Of a stretch of DNA of 64,000 bases, positions 52,301 through 63,633 are shown in pieces. A program made the position numbers and the translations under genes. Below the pieces are notes generated by a model. It had not been told where the DNA came from, ran no database searches, and saw only the letters and a program-made list of their open reading frames with translations. This DNA comes from Botryllus schlosseri (taxonomy: Eukaryota), in the NCBI GenBank assembly GCA_051294905.1, contig CM119372.1, positions 39,186,001 through 39,250,000 on the forward strand, given 5' to 3'. Positions within the stretch are counted from its first letter, which is position 1; every line of letters begins with the position of its first letter.

Positions 52301-52513
52301 TTCAAGATACCTTCAGATACCCACCAACATCATACCAGATTTTCTTCTAACTTGTCTCTGTCTGTGCAACACCACTCTACCAGTCTAGTGCAAAATTCAA
52401 TCAGTTTTATTGGTGTCAATGTTTGGAATAAGCTGCCACCTAATCTCCGCAATTTAGACTCTTGTGCTTTTAAAAAACAATGTTTTCAATCTCTTATCTC
52501 TAACTACCGCTAA
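49331..52513 (+). CDS. LINE ORF2: PHD finger + apurinic endonuclease + reverse transcriptase (1060 aa, open)
   Basis: CKAC..CVIC..WLHQRC..HYCNVC (C4HC3); VSETRL, GDFNIN, LLDH, SDHYPI; NYRPIS, QYGFR, KAFD, GVPQGSVLGPLLF, FADD, KYLG. Confidence 0.95.
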   Translation: MARRRCKACFEYCESDDPTLKCVICNCWLHQRCVSASDFQPNNATAIQHYCNVCLNNNLALGHSYETLCQTTTSPAEITDSNKLSTKQVELNNLNACKCIDFTADSIQIPKTNHFAIGHVNIVSLQKNFDKLHEFLCSLGIPVTLLAVSETRLQSDPISNINIDGYSFIHSPTISKAGGVGLYIHDDITYQENQEFEIKGCQCEQLWIEISGMPTFLDSVIVESIYRHPRDNVPNFMEQFSLTLELLNSKDKKFIITGDFNINLLDTSPMVREYLDMISSHDTAQIITHPTRVTRTSKTLLDHTYTNIADQSISPFVVECNLSDHYPILCQFGSRLKRLRPKYMRRNLHKIDLTSFYNDLDCLADKTDAVILHDNNFNETFDYFMKEISCIVNKHAPLKTLSKRQQRLSNKPWLSLGILVSIKHRNRLYRSLKNKWSESRQLQFKKYANLLSQIKTKAKELYFKKHFSKHQNNPRETWRSVNRVINRKSKSKAPNKIKDFVSDQMVSDQSRMTEIFNSFFSTIGTKLSECCSNDDGDHHHIFGKRPSSSFYLQPTSPNEVISVLSTLKNNKAQGHDQLPVIIVKHIGIHLADTIAKLFNFSFSSGIFPDYLKIARVIPVFKCGDKTNASNYRPISILSPFATLLEKILFERLNSYLNKMNLLNSNQYGFRNNHTTSQAILQVTSRIYELIDSKNVATGVFLDRKKAFDCVNHSKLVDKLEFYGIRGLAKMYFESYLKNRKQFVHIGTTRSQLLPIQTGVPQGSVLGPLLFIIYINDIGHLFNNDITLFADDTSLVIPGKNLSDAFDNINTKLSTVSKWMASNQLQLNASKTKTLVFHTQVNRSRIIVNNAHLDTHKTVKYLGTIIDDKLGWSEHINNIKTKISRGVGALYRLKNLIPHQTLRSVYYALIHCYLIYGILVLGPAAKKHLQKLQVLQNRAIRILCRKSRYENCNSMYRSVRILKVEDIFKFEVMKFMHSYHQGELPLYFDNLFKIPSDTHQHHTRFSSNLSLSVQHHSTSLVQNSISFIGVNVWNKLPPNLRNLDSCAFKKQCFQSLISNYR

Positions 52514-52635
52514 ATTGTATTTGCGTTGTATTTCAAATTGGTCCATGATACTGTGTCTTATTTTCCCTTTCGTTCGTTAGTTTATTTTAATTTTTTTTTT
52601 TCATTAGTTATCGACTGTGAAAATTGCTCCTGTCC

Positions 52636-52678
52636 CGGGTGGCTCGGCTCTGAAGACTTTGTCATATCGAGCCTCCCG
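52636..52678 (+). other. LINE 3' UTR stem-loop
   Basis: CGGGTGGCTCG pairs with CGAGCCTCCCG (1 mismatch), ~75 nt before the (TC)n tail. Confidence 0.6.
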
Positions 52679-53301
52679 TCTACCTTGCATGTCGCATTTC
52701 ACTGTGACATTTTTGTAGTGTTATGTTGATATGTAATGTATACGAATAAAGATTCTCTCTCTCTCTCTCATAACTCGTACCAAGTCATATGACTCGAGAC
52801 TCAGAGGACCACGACCGACATTTCATTGTAATTTCGAAGAACAGTAAAGTAACCACCCTATTGGGATTACGTCTATTGGTACTGGTACTTGAAAATGCGA
52901 CCAGAAACTGTTAAGAGTGAGGAAAATTAGGATATCATAAATGCGAACCATTCGATATCACCAAACAGACTTATAAAAACAAGACTTTAACTGCAAACTG
53001 AGCAGTCAACACAATGACTTGGACTCGGACTCGAGTCATAATACCATGACTCGAACTCGAACCTCTGCTCGATGACTTGGACGCGGACTTGACTCTGTGG
53101 TGAAGTGAAAATGACTCGACTTGACTCGAAACAAAACCTTAAAAGTGAGAATGACTTGTGACTCGGAGCTTTGTGACTTGGTTACAACCCTGGCGAAATC
53201 TGATAATCGAGCTTTGAGAGCAGGTATGTCCTTGTCTGATTTAGGTTAATGGTGATTTAATTGGCTAATCAGAACTTCAAATTCCTCAAATACCTCATCA
53301 C

Positions 53302-53454
53302 CAATGTCCCCCCTAAGCTGCGCACAAGATCTGTGACGCGCACAAAAAAGCCGAAGTGATGATTTTTTTTAAGTCGTTTCGCACTGTTGTCCATGGAGTC
53401 GCGCGGTGAGCTAGTGAGTGCGCGCATTCTCGTTAAAAATGAGAGGGAACATTA
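53302..53454. mobile_element. 153-bp hAT-type MITE
   Basis: Imperfect TIR CAATGTCCCCCCT...AGAGGGAACATTA; TSD CTCATCAC/CTCGTCAC; interrupts the Penelope frame. Confidence 0.75.
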
Positions 53455-53559
53455 CTCGTCACTTTTGTTTTTCGGTAGAATGGTTTAGTTTCAAGCCTAG
53501 GATTGTATCCAAGTCTCAAGGTTCCTATTCAAAAGTCAATTCCACTTTCATAATTGTGA

Positions 53560-54006
53560 GCAGAGTCAAGTCGAGTTATTTTTAACTCACCACCGAGTAA
53601 AAGCACGAGTCCAAGTCAGAAAGAGAAGGGGTGAGTCCGAGTCATACTGTAAGGATTCGAGTCCGAGTTCAAGTTATAGGTTCAACTCATTTCGAAATTC
53701 ACAACTGACAACACAACACAACGACGGCCTCTTATTTAGACTATACTCCTTTCTTCACTCTTAACATGTTTATTGAAACAGATAAAAGACACATTCTATA
53801 CCTGTTTTTCAAGTATTGGTCCCAATACAAGAGACTTGAATCAAATCATATAAAATGTCTCGGATGACTTGGCAGAGTCATGCGCAATGATTCGAGTCAA
53901 TACACAAAGTGACTCAAATCAGGTCGGATCATTTTCAATTATTAAGAAAATAAGTCGAGTCAAGTAGGGTCAACCAAACATTGCGTCTCGAGTCATTACA
54001 AACCTG
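53560..54006. mobile_element. Degraded family-B MITE
   Basis: GAGTC repeats ending GAGTCATTACAAACCTG, like the right end of 56651-58755. Confidence 0.65.
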
Positions 54007-55264
54007 ATGTACTATAATCCGAATTATACGGAAAGCTTGTTTAATTACTCAATTGAACCAAGTCGCGATATCGATGATTTTAGGCTATGTTAACATTTTC
54101 ATATTGCAACTGGCATACTTTAAAGGACATATTTCTTGGATAGAATAAAATAAAAGGAGGTATGGGTCTTTTTGAGTCACAGCAGTTCATAGCAGTGTGC
54201 TGATATATTCTTTGGGTAGGCCTACTATGTAACTTATGAAAGTTCGGTTTTGGTTTTTCGGCTTCTTTGAATAGCTAGTCCTACATTTCTGTCTATTTTG
54301 CAGGAGGTTCTGTAACACGTGTGGACACTTCTACCTTATCGGAATTTCTCGTCGGTGTCACACTAGTTATTATCAGTGACTAAAACGCAACGTAACCGGT
54401 TGACGAAAAAATGTGACTTACCGAACTTGTTGAATATTTGCTACCTTGAGGGATTATAATTTTTGTGCGAGTATTTCTCATTACAAATCTCAACTTTTCG
54501 TAGGAAGTCTACTTGTGTACTTGTGTACCTGTGGTCTACACGCTAGTGCAAGGTGTGTGAGCAGGCAGTCATTCATTTCATTGTATGGATTTACTGTGCC
54601 TCTCTCAGTATGCCTGCAATAAATTGACTGACGACAAAGTAATCAGAGTTTACGTTGTTGTAGAATGGTAGTAATATATATGTCGCAATGTACTTGCGCT
54701 CTGTAGACTGCTTGGTGCTCTCAATTACCAACCGGTTATATGATTTAAATCAGACTGATACAGTTTATGCATTTATGTTACTTGTCAACAATTGGTGCAG
54801 GCTCAAATTCTATCATATGGATGTGTAGGTCTACGTAGATTTTGTATTGCATCATTATTATATTATTTATTCACAGTTATCATTATTATTATTATGTATA
54901 AAAACAGCGACCTAATACTTTTTAATCATCTTGGAATATGCAAATTCCTGACTCACACCTCGTACATCGAAATTTTGACCCAACATGACCGACTCGACTG
55001 GACTTGGCTTGACTTGATTCGAGTCAAAATGTTTAATGACTTGCTACGACTTGTGGCTCGTGGGTATAATGTCGCGATCCCAAGAATGATAAATGATTTT
55101 ATGTAATTCTCATGAAATCCTTTCGGGTTATCATGGGCATTTAGGGCTGGATCGCCGATTTATTTAGTGGAACAACTTACATTGAATGTCTGTTCGCAGT
55201 TTTCTGTGAGGAATTCTCACAAAAGGGATGACATTGTTTGAAGCTATATTGCAACCTATGGAAC

Positions 55265-56335
55265 ATGAACACAACCATCGATGGAGCCATTTCCAGCTTG
55301 GACATGTTGCTTACAACTTTGAATACGAAGCAGAGAGACATTTTAGGAAAACATGAATATCTCATAATATGGATAGTATTCGGAATTATTTGGGGTTTTG
55401 GATTAGTTGCAAATCTATTCACGATTGTAGCTCTAGCTAGAACAAAGACAACTCCTCTGAATGTGATCATAATCAGCTTGTGCTGTTCTGATGTATTGTC
55501 AGCCCTTGCCTCGCCGTTCATTGTTCGACAAATTCTGTTCAAGGCCGCTCAAATAGATTACCCGTGGAATAACGTCATCTGTAAAACTGTGATCCCGTTT
55601 CGTTCAGTAGTAGGTGCCATTACAATCCAGCTCGTATTGGCATTGTCAGTCTGGCGATTATATGCCATTCGATATCCGCAAATGGCTCTCAATTTCATGT
55701 CACTGAGACGTGCAAATCAGATCGTAATATTCTCGTGGATTTTGTCGTCGGCTCTATTTATTCCTATATATCCTTATTACTTGAATTTCGTACAATCGCC
55801 CATTATTCCTGAAGTTACGATTTGCTTTTTCACGAAGGAAAATGAGTGGATCGCACAACTTATTAATGTTATATATGTGGTGGTGGTGAATTTGACCCCG
55901 ATAGGTTTGATCATAACGATGAATATTATTATTGGATTGGCCTTGCTTCGTCAGAAAATGACAAGACAGGAACTTACAAAGAACAACAATTTTCGAGACG
56001 AAGATAAACAGGCGATGTGTCAACTCAGTCTGATTACGGCATCCTTTGTAATCGGATATGCACCCAAGTTCATCTACTCCATTTGGAGTTATGTTGGTTT
56101 TAGAAGTCAACGTATCCGCGTTATCTCATATCTGCTATCTCATGGATTGCTGAGTCTAACAGAGGCCATCAACCCTATAATATACAATCTCAGTTCTAAC
56201 ACACTACGGTCGTCATTGAGGTATCTGCTCCAACGTGTGTTGTGCATGCGCAGACAATGTTGTAAGTCCGATGTCCCGGAGAAGAAACAAGCCGACAAGA
56301 ACATTGGAAGTCAATATGATGACACTGACGTCTGA
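55265..56335 (+). CDS. Intronless rhodopsin-family (class A) orphan GPCR, ~356 aa
   Basis: Seven hydrophobic segments; N-terminal NTT sequon; TM1 GLVAN, TM2 SLCCSD, Cys at TM3 start (ICK) and ECL2 (ICFF), TM3 end LSVWRLYAI, TM4 SW, TM6 FVIGYAP, TM7 INPIIY, C-terminal Cys cluster; AATAAA at 56347. Confidence 0.93.
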   Translation: MNTTIDGAISSLDMLLTTLNTKQRDILGKHEYLIIWIVFGIIWGFGLVANLFTIVALARTKTTPLNVIIISLCCSDVLSALASPFIVRQILFKAAQIDYPWNNVICKTVIPFRSVVGAITIQLVLALSVWRLYAIRYPQMALNFMSLRRANQIVIFSWILSSALFIPIYPYYLNFVQSPIIPEVTICFFTKENEWIAQLINVIYVVVVNLTPIGLIITMNIIIGLALLRQKMTRQELTKNNNFRDEDKQAMCQLSLITASFVIGYAPKFIYSIWSYVGFRSQRIRVISYLLSHGLLSLTEAINPIIYNLSSNTLRSSLRYLLQRVLCMRRQCCKSDVPEKKQADKNIGSQYDDTDV

Positions 56336-56650
56336 ATTAGAGGTGCAATAAAGTTTATAGGCTCTACGCATCTTATTTTTCTATCATTGTTCAATATATT
56401 CAAAATTAATACAAATGAAACATTTCGTATAAGCATAATCAGAGAGGGTCAGAGCTGAGGAAAAAAATCATGACAATTATATCAAAGAATATTCGGCTGA
56501 TAAAAAATGACTAATGTGGATTAAAATATGTTAAATTTTCGAAACAGCAATTTATTACCGTCATACTGTCTAGGTCGACCAGTTAATGTCACGTTGTATG
56601 TGCGAGTATGTATGTGCGAGCGATAAAAAGTCTTTTCCATGTATATTTAT

Positions 56651-58755
56651 CAGGGTTGTAACCAAGTTACATGGTTCCGAGTCACGAGTCAATCTGACTT
56701 TTGTGGTTTTGACTCGAGTCGAGTCGAGTCATTTTCAATTCATTATTGACTCGAGTCCGAGTCCAAGTCACCGTTTTAAGGGCCGAGTCCGAGTCATAGT
56801 GTTATGACTCGAGTCGAGTCCAAGTCACAGTATTGAAGTCATGTTCAACTTATGTTTTCAATCCTGCTTGGGTGATATCGAATTCCTTGCTTGCCAAACA
56901 TGCATATTTATCCCTATCATAGTCTTGGCACAAGTTTATTTAGTTAGGCAGATAACAGACAGTTCCAGGCCTCATATACCGATGCTACAGATAGACGAGA
57001 CAGGCCGCCAATACGATAACGTTACTAATCTTAGAACTTTAAATCAAATATCCGTCTTGTCAGTCTGATATATCACAAATAAAAGCATTCAATTTTATTA
57101 CGAGCACATCGACGACCGCTCACAAATAGCTGATAGAGAATTAACGAATTCACGTCTACATACTATCTGATAGAGGACCTACGAATTCACGTCTAGCTAG
57201 ATACAAGCTGGTAAAGAATCAACAGATAAACGCTTATGTAGAGGTACAGTTTTGCTTTCACATCATATTAGGTGGTTCGCCAGAAATAAGGTCAACTTTC
57301 CTGCTCAGCTGCCGAAATAGTCGCCGGAGCGTTACTTTAGTGCTGATTTACTGTTGTCTTAGTCGAATTTGCCCTACATTTACCAAAAGAATCTCAAAAA
57401 TGAGGACAAAATGTCAAAAAAGAGGCTACTTCTTAAAATTGTTAGATTATCTAAAAGAACTTAAATTTGGCTTAATTCCAACCAGTAGAAAGCAATGCTA
57501 AGAGAAAATATTTTGGATTAATTACAAATAGAGACTTTCGAAATGTACCGGCTACCTCATGATATTGTTAGATTGTGTAAAAATATGATTCATAGAAAAT
57601 TTGGCTCCATTCCAACTAGACGAAGCGGAGTTATTAGAGTGGAATATTTTGGATATGAAAAAATAGTCGACTTACTGCTAGTATGTAATATATTATATGA
57701 AATCATTTCTCACTAAAAATACTCCATGTATTTTCAAATCCAAAATTTTCTCCTCTCATTTCATTGATTCCACTTTTTCAAATTAGGCCAGATTCAGTGT
57801 TCTTTTTATGCAACCTAGCGATTTTATCAAGTAGCCACCCAGTAGAATAAAAAAGAAGGTATTTCTGATCGGCCCTATTGTACAAATATCACACAACATT
57901 AGCCATTCATTATTATCACGTGCACAATGCACATACCGAACAAAACGTCAAACGGACGGAGGGTATTGTGTGTTTTCACAGACAGCAGATCAAATCAATG
58001 AGTGACACTTGAAAAATACTAAAGTGGAAAGGAGATTCTTATATATGTTGAGGTGGCATGGCCTCAGAATAATCCACATCCACTGGATACATGTTCCTCT
58101 GGTGCATTAGATGCAGGAATTGAAAAGCAATTTTGAACCACACTGAAGAGCATTAGATACTCATCCATTCTAGTCGGCCAAAAATGCAAAGAATCATCGC
58201 CTTCATATCTACACATGAGCTTATCAGTCTCTTCCAAGTAGACTACTTGACCATCTGAGTCATTTCTTTGGCTATAATTGAACTTTGCTTCGATTGTTTG
58301 CTTATATAATTGAAATGTCTTGAGTACTTTGATCGCGGAGGATCTATTACCTCTTCATCACTGGATGATTTTGTACAATGCATTGCTCTTTGCTACTATT
58401 TAGGCTACCATTGTCTTTTGTTTTTACGGCGGCGCATATCTGATATCAGACGAGTGCAACGAAAGCAGTTGTGACAAATAGCGATGTCGACAGAATTCGT
58501 CACATGCGTTGATCTAACCATTGTGATTCGCAACTTTCTTCACCTTCAAGTCACATAAAATAAGCCGAGTCAATGACTTGAGTCGAGTCATGCGTAATGA
58601 CTCGAGTACAAGTCGAGTCAATCCAAATATTGACTCGAGTCGAGTCGAGTCATTTTCCCATTTCAAGAAAATGACTCGAGTCAAGTCGAGTCACAAAAAA
58701 ATCGTGACTCGAGTCTGACTCGAGTCGAGTCATGACTCGAGTCATTACAACCCTG
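56651..58755. mobile_element. Family-B hAT deletion derivative (2.1 kb)
   Basis: TIR CAGGGTTGTAA...TTACAACCCTG; perfect TSD ATATTTAT; GACTCGAGTC arrays; transposase remnant inside. Confidence 0.95.
58003..58200 (-). pseudogene. hAT transposase C-terminal dimerisation-domain remnant
   Basis: DDSLHFWPTRMDEYLMLFSVVQNCFSIPASNAPEEHVSSG / IILRPCHLNIYKNLLSTLVFFKC (one frameshift) fits hATC D.L.FW...YP.L..A...LSIPASSA..ER.FS..G. Confidence 0.8.
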
Positions 58756-59975
58756 ATATTTATCTCATTATTCGTCCATCATTCAGAATTCGGACTCAAT
58801 CTGTATTTAAAACAGCTACCAAAATGCAATGACTTTGAGTTATGCTTATAACGGAATTTTCACTATCGCCAAAGGAGGAGTGTCTAAAAAAGTTTGAGAA
58901 GCACTGGGGTATACTGAATACTGAATGGTTAAGTGAGGCACATTAGGGTTATGACTCGAAAAAAGAAATCTAAATTTTGTGTGTCCTGTGGTCACAAATG
59001 ATCATCTTTTGTATCTTGATTTGAAAACTGACAAAGGGTAAGACTGTTTTAACAAATAACTTCCGCAGCAAAATTTTCCAGTTTTTAGTGTGTGAGGGAT
59101 AAAGTTTATTTTATAGATTCCTACTTCGCTGTCCTCACAGCGGCACGCCGTTTGAGAACCACAGCACTAGTGTATGCGTTGTCCATTAGGCGATTTCATC
59201 TCGTTCGATATGCTCATTCATAGAACTCTCGGTTACATGTCAATAACTGAAGATAATAATTTTCTCCTTGGGTATTTCCGTTAGCAAAATTAGTACCTCT
59301 TCCCTACATGCGGCTTGAATATTGTTCAATCGTAAATCTAACCTGAATTAGGAATTGCCATATCGCTAAGCAGAATACAGGGATGGATCACATTTGGACC
59401 ATTCCAAACCTGGACAACAAAAGTGGTAACCACCTCATTTTATAATCTTCTGAAATTAGGTACATGCGTAGATGAGTTCATTTCGAACACAATAAACTTT
59501 ATTCGAGGATAATTGAACTCTGGGGTCAAAAGTTATGCCGTTTCGAAATTTGACAATTTTCAAGTCGTTTCATGTCCACAGCATTCAGGTTTTATCAATG
59601 CAATATTCAAAAAGGTGTAAACAGATGTCGGATTACAGTTGAGATTGGGAACTTGTTTTTCTAAGTAGCCAGCTTAATGGTCTATGTTTCCAAGGGGTAT
59701 TAAATGTCATGCGATGTAGGGTTAAAAAGGTAAATGGAGGCGAAACGTTATCAATGGCTTGAAATAGGTAATGCGCTACACAAATTAAACTGAGGATTGT
59801 TTCGAAAGCATATAAAAATATTCCGGCAAGTAGGGAATGATATGAAAGCTGCCTTCAAGGAAAAATTTTCAGAGCTGCTTCATTTTAATTTTGAGACTGT
59901 AAGGTCGCGAAATTGCACGCTTAAAAGTACACTGCATTTGTACAAGGAAATACGCAAGTTTGGCATATGCTACAC

Positions 59976-60260
59976 CAGGGGTGGGTAAACTTCCCAGCTG
60001 GCGGGACGCAGTCAACAATTGAATACTTTTGCGGGCCGCATTATAGTATAATCGGAATTATAAGTAACGACGCAAGTTTTTATTTAAATATACAGTAACC
60101 ATATAGTAACCGAAGACATGGAGGCAATACACAAACAATTCAAACATTGATTTGATGAACGAACACGCTTAAGAAACGTTACCGAGATTTTATAAGCAGA
60201 CAGTTCTCCATCAAATCGTCAACATTGGGGATGAAAGTTGGTTGAGTTGATTTTTAAGCA
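59976..60260. mobile_element. hAT/SPIN-like terminal fragment
   Basis: CAGGGGTGGGTAAAC..GCGGGCCGCA terminus; minus strand STQPTFIPNVDDLM resembles a Buster/SPIN transposase tail. Confidence 0.45.
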
Positions 60261-60450
60261 ATGCCGGAAATTTGAATATGGGAGCAGCGACAGGCTCATA
60301 GATATATGCTGCGTTTGGCCAACGTCAGAACGCACAACGCAGGCACAGGATGTCCTTCAATATGCTGCAGCGCGAGGCGCGAAATTGTTTTTGAAGTGAA
60401 TGTATGATATTGGTCATTATGTTACTTGTCACTATATAGATTGCATGTAC

Positions 60451-61347
60451 TAGGGATGGTGCGTACGCCTGGAAGGTTCAGGTTCGTGTGAACGCGAACC
60501 TTTTTGAAAGGTTCTGTGTTAACGCGAACGTGAACCTTATGACGTCACGTGACGTCACATTGCTAATTCCATCTCTACATTTCATCTTAATGTAGGCCTA
60601 CACATATATACCATATCGACGATAAAGTTCACATTATGACACAATACTGAAGTACTTGCTGACTTTTTGAACGTCACACAATGTATCAACTGGGGCAATC
60701 AAATGCTTTATTAATCCTAAAAAATCAATATCGTCCGTCGCTTTGCCAACAATTTTAACAAGGACTTGCAAGGGCATGTAAGCTACGCCGTAACGGTCGG
60801 GGTCAGACCGAACAGTGTATTCGGCGTCGGACTATTGCGACATTGATATTGTACAGATGGATCACCAACGCTTGCTTGATTTTCTACATTAGACAACGAC
60901 GTATTTTTTATATCAATTTCAACGATTGGTTGAATAATCATCATTCGCTGACTACTTACACGTATTGCATTTCGTTCTTGATGTTATGTGATTGCGAGTC
61001 AAGCTCACAGCTGAGAATCAGTAAATATTCACAACCGGAAAGCTGGATATTTCGAGCAAACCTTTGTAACATAGCAAGTAAAACTTTTTGGAGTGGCAAG
61101 GTGTGTGCTTATTGCTCGTTTAATGTTGATTATTTTATGCTGCCAGCGCTTTGCATATAGTAGTCTGAAGTTGAAATGTAGAGAATTTGAAACATAGATG
61201 TAATAATAACGTGATAAATGTTGATACATGAAAAAGGTTCACAGTGCAGGCAGAACCTACCAAGGTTCGTTTGTGAACGTGAACCTCTCGATTTTTGAGG
61301 TTCACACACAGAACGCGAACGTGAACCTCACGTTCGCACCATCCCTA
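60451..61347. mobile_element. hAT-type element with GTGAAC/GAACGCGAAC subterminal repeats
   Basis: TIR TAGGGATGGTGCG...CGCACCATCCCTA; TSD GCATGTAC/GCATATAC. Confidence 0.9.
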
Positions 61348-63382
61348 GCATATACCTTATCATTGTCAGATTCATCGTTAGAGGTGATAGGAGCGATGTC
61401 ATGATAGAGTTAGAGGGCACGTAATCATACATCTGGAGCTATATTTCCCTGCCGCACGGTAGGATTATTCAGGAGCTTCTGGTCCGGCAGGCGAATTGAC
61501 ATTAATTACTTTTTTGAAACATGCGGTTATTTTGTGACCTCAAAGAAAAAAAGTAGTCTCCATTCAGAAGATGGATCACATGCTCCAATAAAAATTATAA
61601 GGGAAACTTCGTTGATGAGATGCGCACGATTCCCAATTGCATTTGTTCACGGGGACTAATTTTTCACTCTTCTGGTCTCATTTGAAGGCGGGACTCAGAT
61701 TGCAAAGACAGGGACATCTGGCGTGATCTTGGACCAAAGGTCTATTGCCGGCGAACGTAATAGCATTGCATTTGGTAATGGATGAAACTTTAGCGGCCCT
61801 GGTGTGTCTTTTGGCGCTGAACATCCGGTGCCTGATTGTCCCACAACAGCAGACGGCACACAACAATACAGTTGGATTCAATTCTGTACATCGTGTGTAT
61901 TTTAATTTGGTACTATTTTTCATGTTTATTCATCGGGAGATGCGTACCCGATAGTTATACAATCAACTGACACTATATATCGCGCCTAGCGTGAAGAAAC
62001 ATTTCAAGTTGAATACATCTGCCCTACAATACTGCACCTAATGTTGATGTAAGAAAACATTCGAGAAATTTGAGGGGCTTGGCCCCTTTTGACACCTTCC
62101 GGCTACTCATATGTCGTCATATTCAGCCTACACCCTAAAATACGTTTCAGTAAAAGGCTTGCCGTGTTAAACTTTTTTTACTGTTGTCTAAAACATTTGA
62201 ATAATTCGGTGTTTTTATTTTGCTCCTTATGATAAATTGTGTAATTCGGATGATCAAAATCACATGGCGTTTCAAATTGCAGCAACAAAAGTTTACGGTT
62301 TTTGTATTGACATGGATATCTCATTATGAATGAGTTGAGACCCAAGTTATGAATGATTTACACCTAACTGCGAATAGAGGACGAATCTACAATGCGTTCA
62401 TGAACCGCTTTTTCACGTACCGCACTGAAAGTTGGAGTTATAATTTAAAGTCCCAATTGTGATCCGAACTAATTCATCTTTGTTTTTATTTTCGTGGATG
62501 TTTAGCAACGGGAACGTTTCAAAATACGTTGGCCGCGAGTGTGAGGGATATTGCTGCAACTATAAAATATTTATCAATATTTTTATCACGTTTCACGATG
62601 CCTTCGTGGGCCGCACAAAATGTTGTCACGGGCCGCATTTTAGCCCCCCGCCCCCATGTGCAAGACCGATGGTTTCCATACTTCCTGACTCAACACTCCT
62701 TATTACGATCATCATATATTTATCACTTCCTCCGAAGTCAATATGTCAGGTTTTATCAACCCATTTGAAACCAAGAGCTGTTTCTTGTGTATATAATAAT
62801 GAGAAGGGCTACCAGTTACTCCAGCCGTTTACCAGTCCGTTGTTGAATTTCTCAGTTTTGACATTCGGAGTCATCTCTTTTGTTAGGGAGCAGAAACCCC
62901 ACCTATAGTCCTCTGAATGTCAGGACAAAGAAATTCAACATCGCACATGTAGATGACAGGAGAACTGGTATTTATTATGTAATATCAAAAACAAATTCGC
63001 CTAAACTTTCTCTCCGAAGTGCATCCGTGGTTGTGAGTATGTCCATTCTGATGGCTACCCCAGGAAATTGATACATTGTCTACAAAAAATGCAGAACAAA
63101 TTTGACTCAATTCCATCCGGTAGTAGCAAATTTATTTGAGTTTCACTTTGAGAATTCTGGGATTACGCACCGTAAAAGCTGTTTTTTTCCATATCCAAAA
63201 TATCCAACTGCAATAACTTTGCATCTACCTGTTGGAATTGAGTCAAGTTTGTTTGGCATCGTTTTTGTAGCCAACGCATCAATTTCATGGGATGGCGAGA
63301 ATGGACATATTACTCACAACCACGGTTACCCTCCGGAGAAGAAGTTTAGGTGAACAAGAATATCTCATAATATGGATAGCAG

Positions 63383-63546
63383 ACATGGGGTAATCGCGAT
63401 TAGTAATCGTAATCGATTACGACGATTACAGCATTTTCAAGTAATCGTAATCGCAATCGATTACATTCGAAAAAAATCCAAAGTAATCGTAATCGTAATC
63501 GACTATTTCACATATCTAATCGATTTCTTCGTGAAAAAACGATTAC
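63383..63546. repeat. GTAATC/GATTAC array, probable MITE end
   Basis: Repeated GTAATCGTAATCGATTAC units. Confidence 0.6.
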
Positions 63547-63633
63547 TTTTTATTCGTACAAAGACTATGACATGAACAGAACAGTGAGTATTCTGGAACA
63601 ATGAAGAGTCCGATAATACGCCATACTCATACG

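Larger units (their letters stand above)
48279..52769 (+). mobile_element. Near full-length CR1/L2-group LINE
   Basis: ORF1 + ORF2 (APE, RT); 3' UTR with stem-loop; AATAAA and (TC)n tail at ~52753-52769. Confidence 0.93.
48111..53192. mobile_element. hAT-type MITE family B (CAGGGTTGTA termini, GACTCGAGTC repeats) carrying a LINE
   Basis: TIR CAGGGTTGTA...TACAACCCTG; TSD GCGAACTC/GCGAAATC; arms 48111-48278 and 52771-53192 match the ends of 56651-58755. Confidence 0.9.
41688..53510 (-). mobile_element. Penelope-like retroelement remnant in four pieces (53455-53510, 53193-53301, 48039-48110, 41688-42546)
   Basis: Joined pieces read ILPKNKSDE|VFEEFEVLISQLNHH*PKSDKDIPALKARLSDFA|HSYCGCPIDKADF..NKECFLG|IRALRSNPEIHITKPVKGYGVVI..DYISKMESIL...SVDISSLFTSVP..TMGSPV..LANI..RRYVDD, i.e. 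PLE RT motifs. Confidence 0.85.

Noticed and set aside
61561..61905. Protein-like + frame (HSEDGSHAPIK...FEGGTQIAK...) or a THAP-like minus frame
   Set aside because: Two in-frame stops and no diagnostic motif; cannot be supported without a homology search
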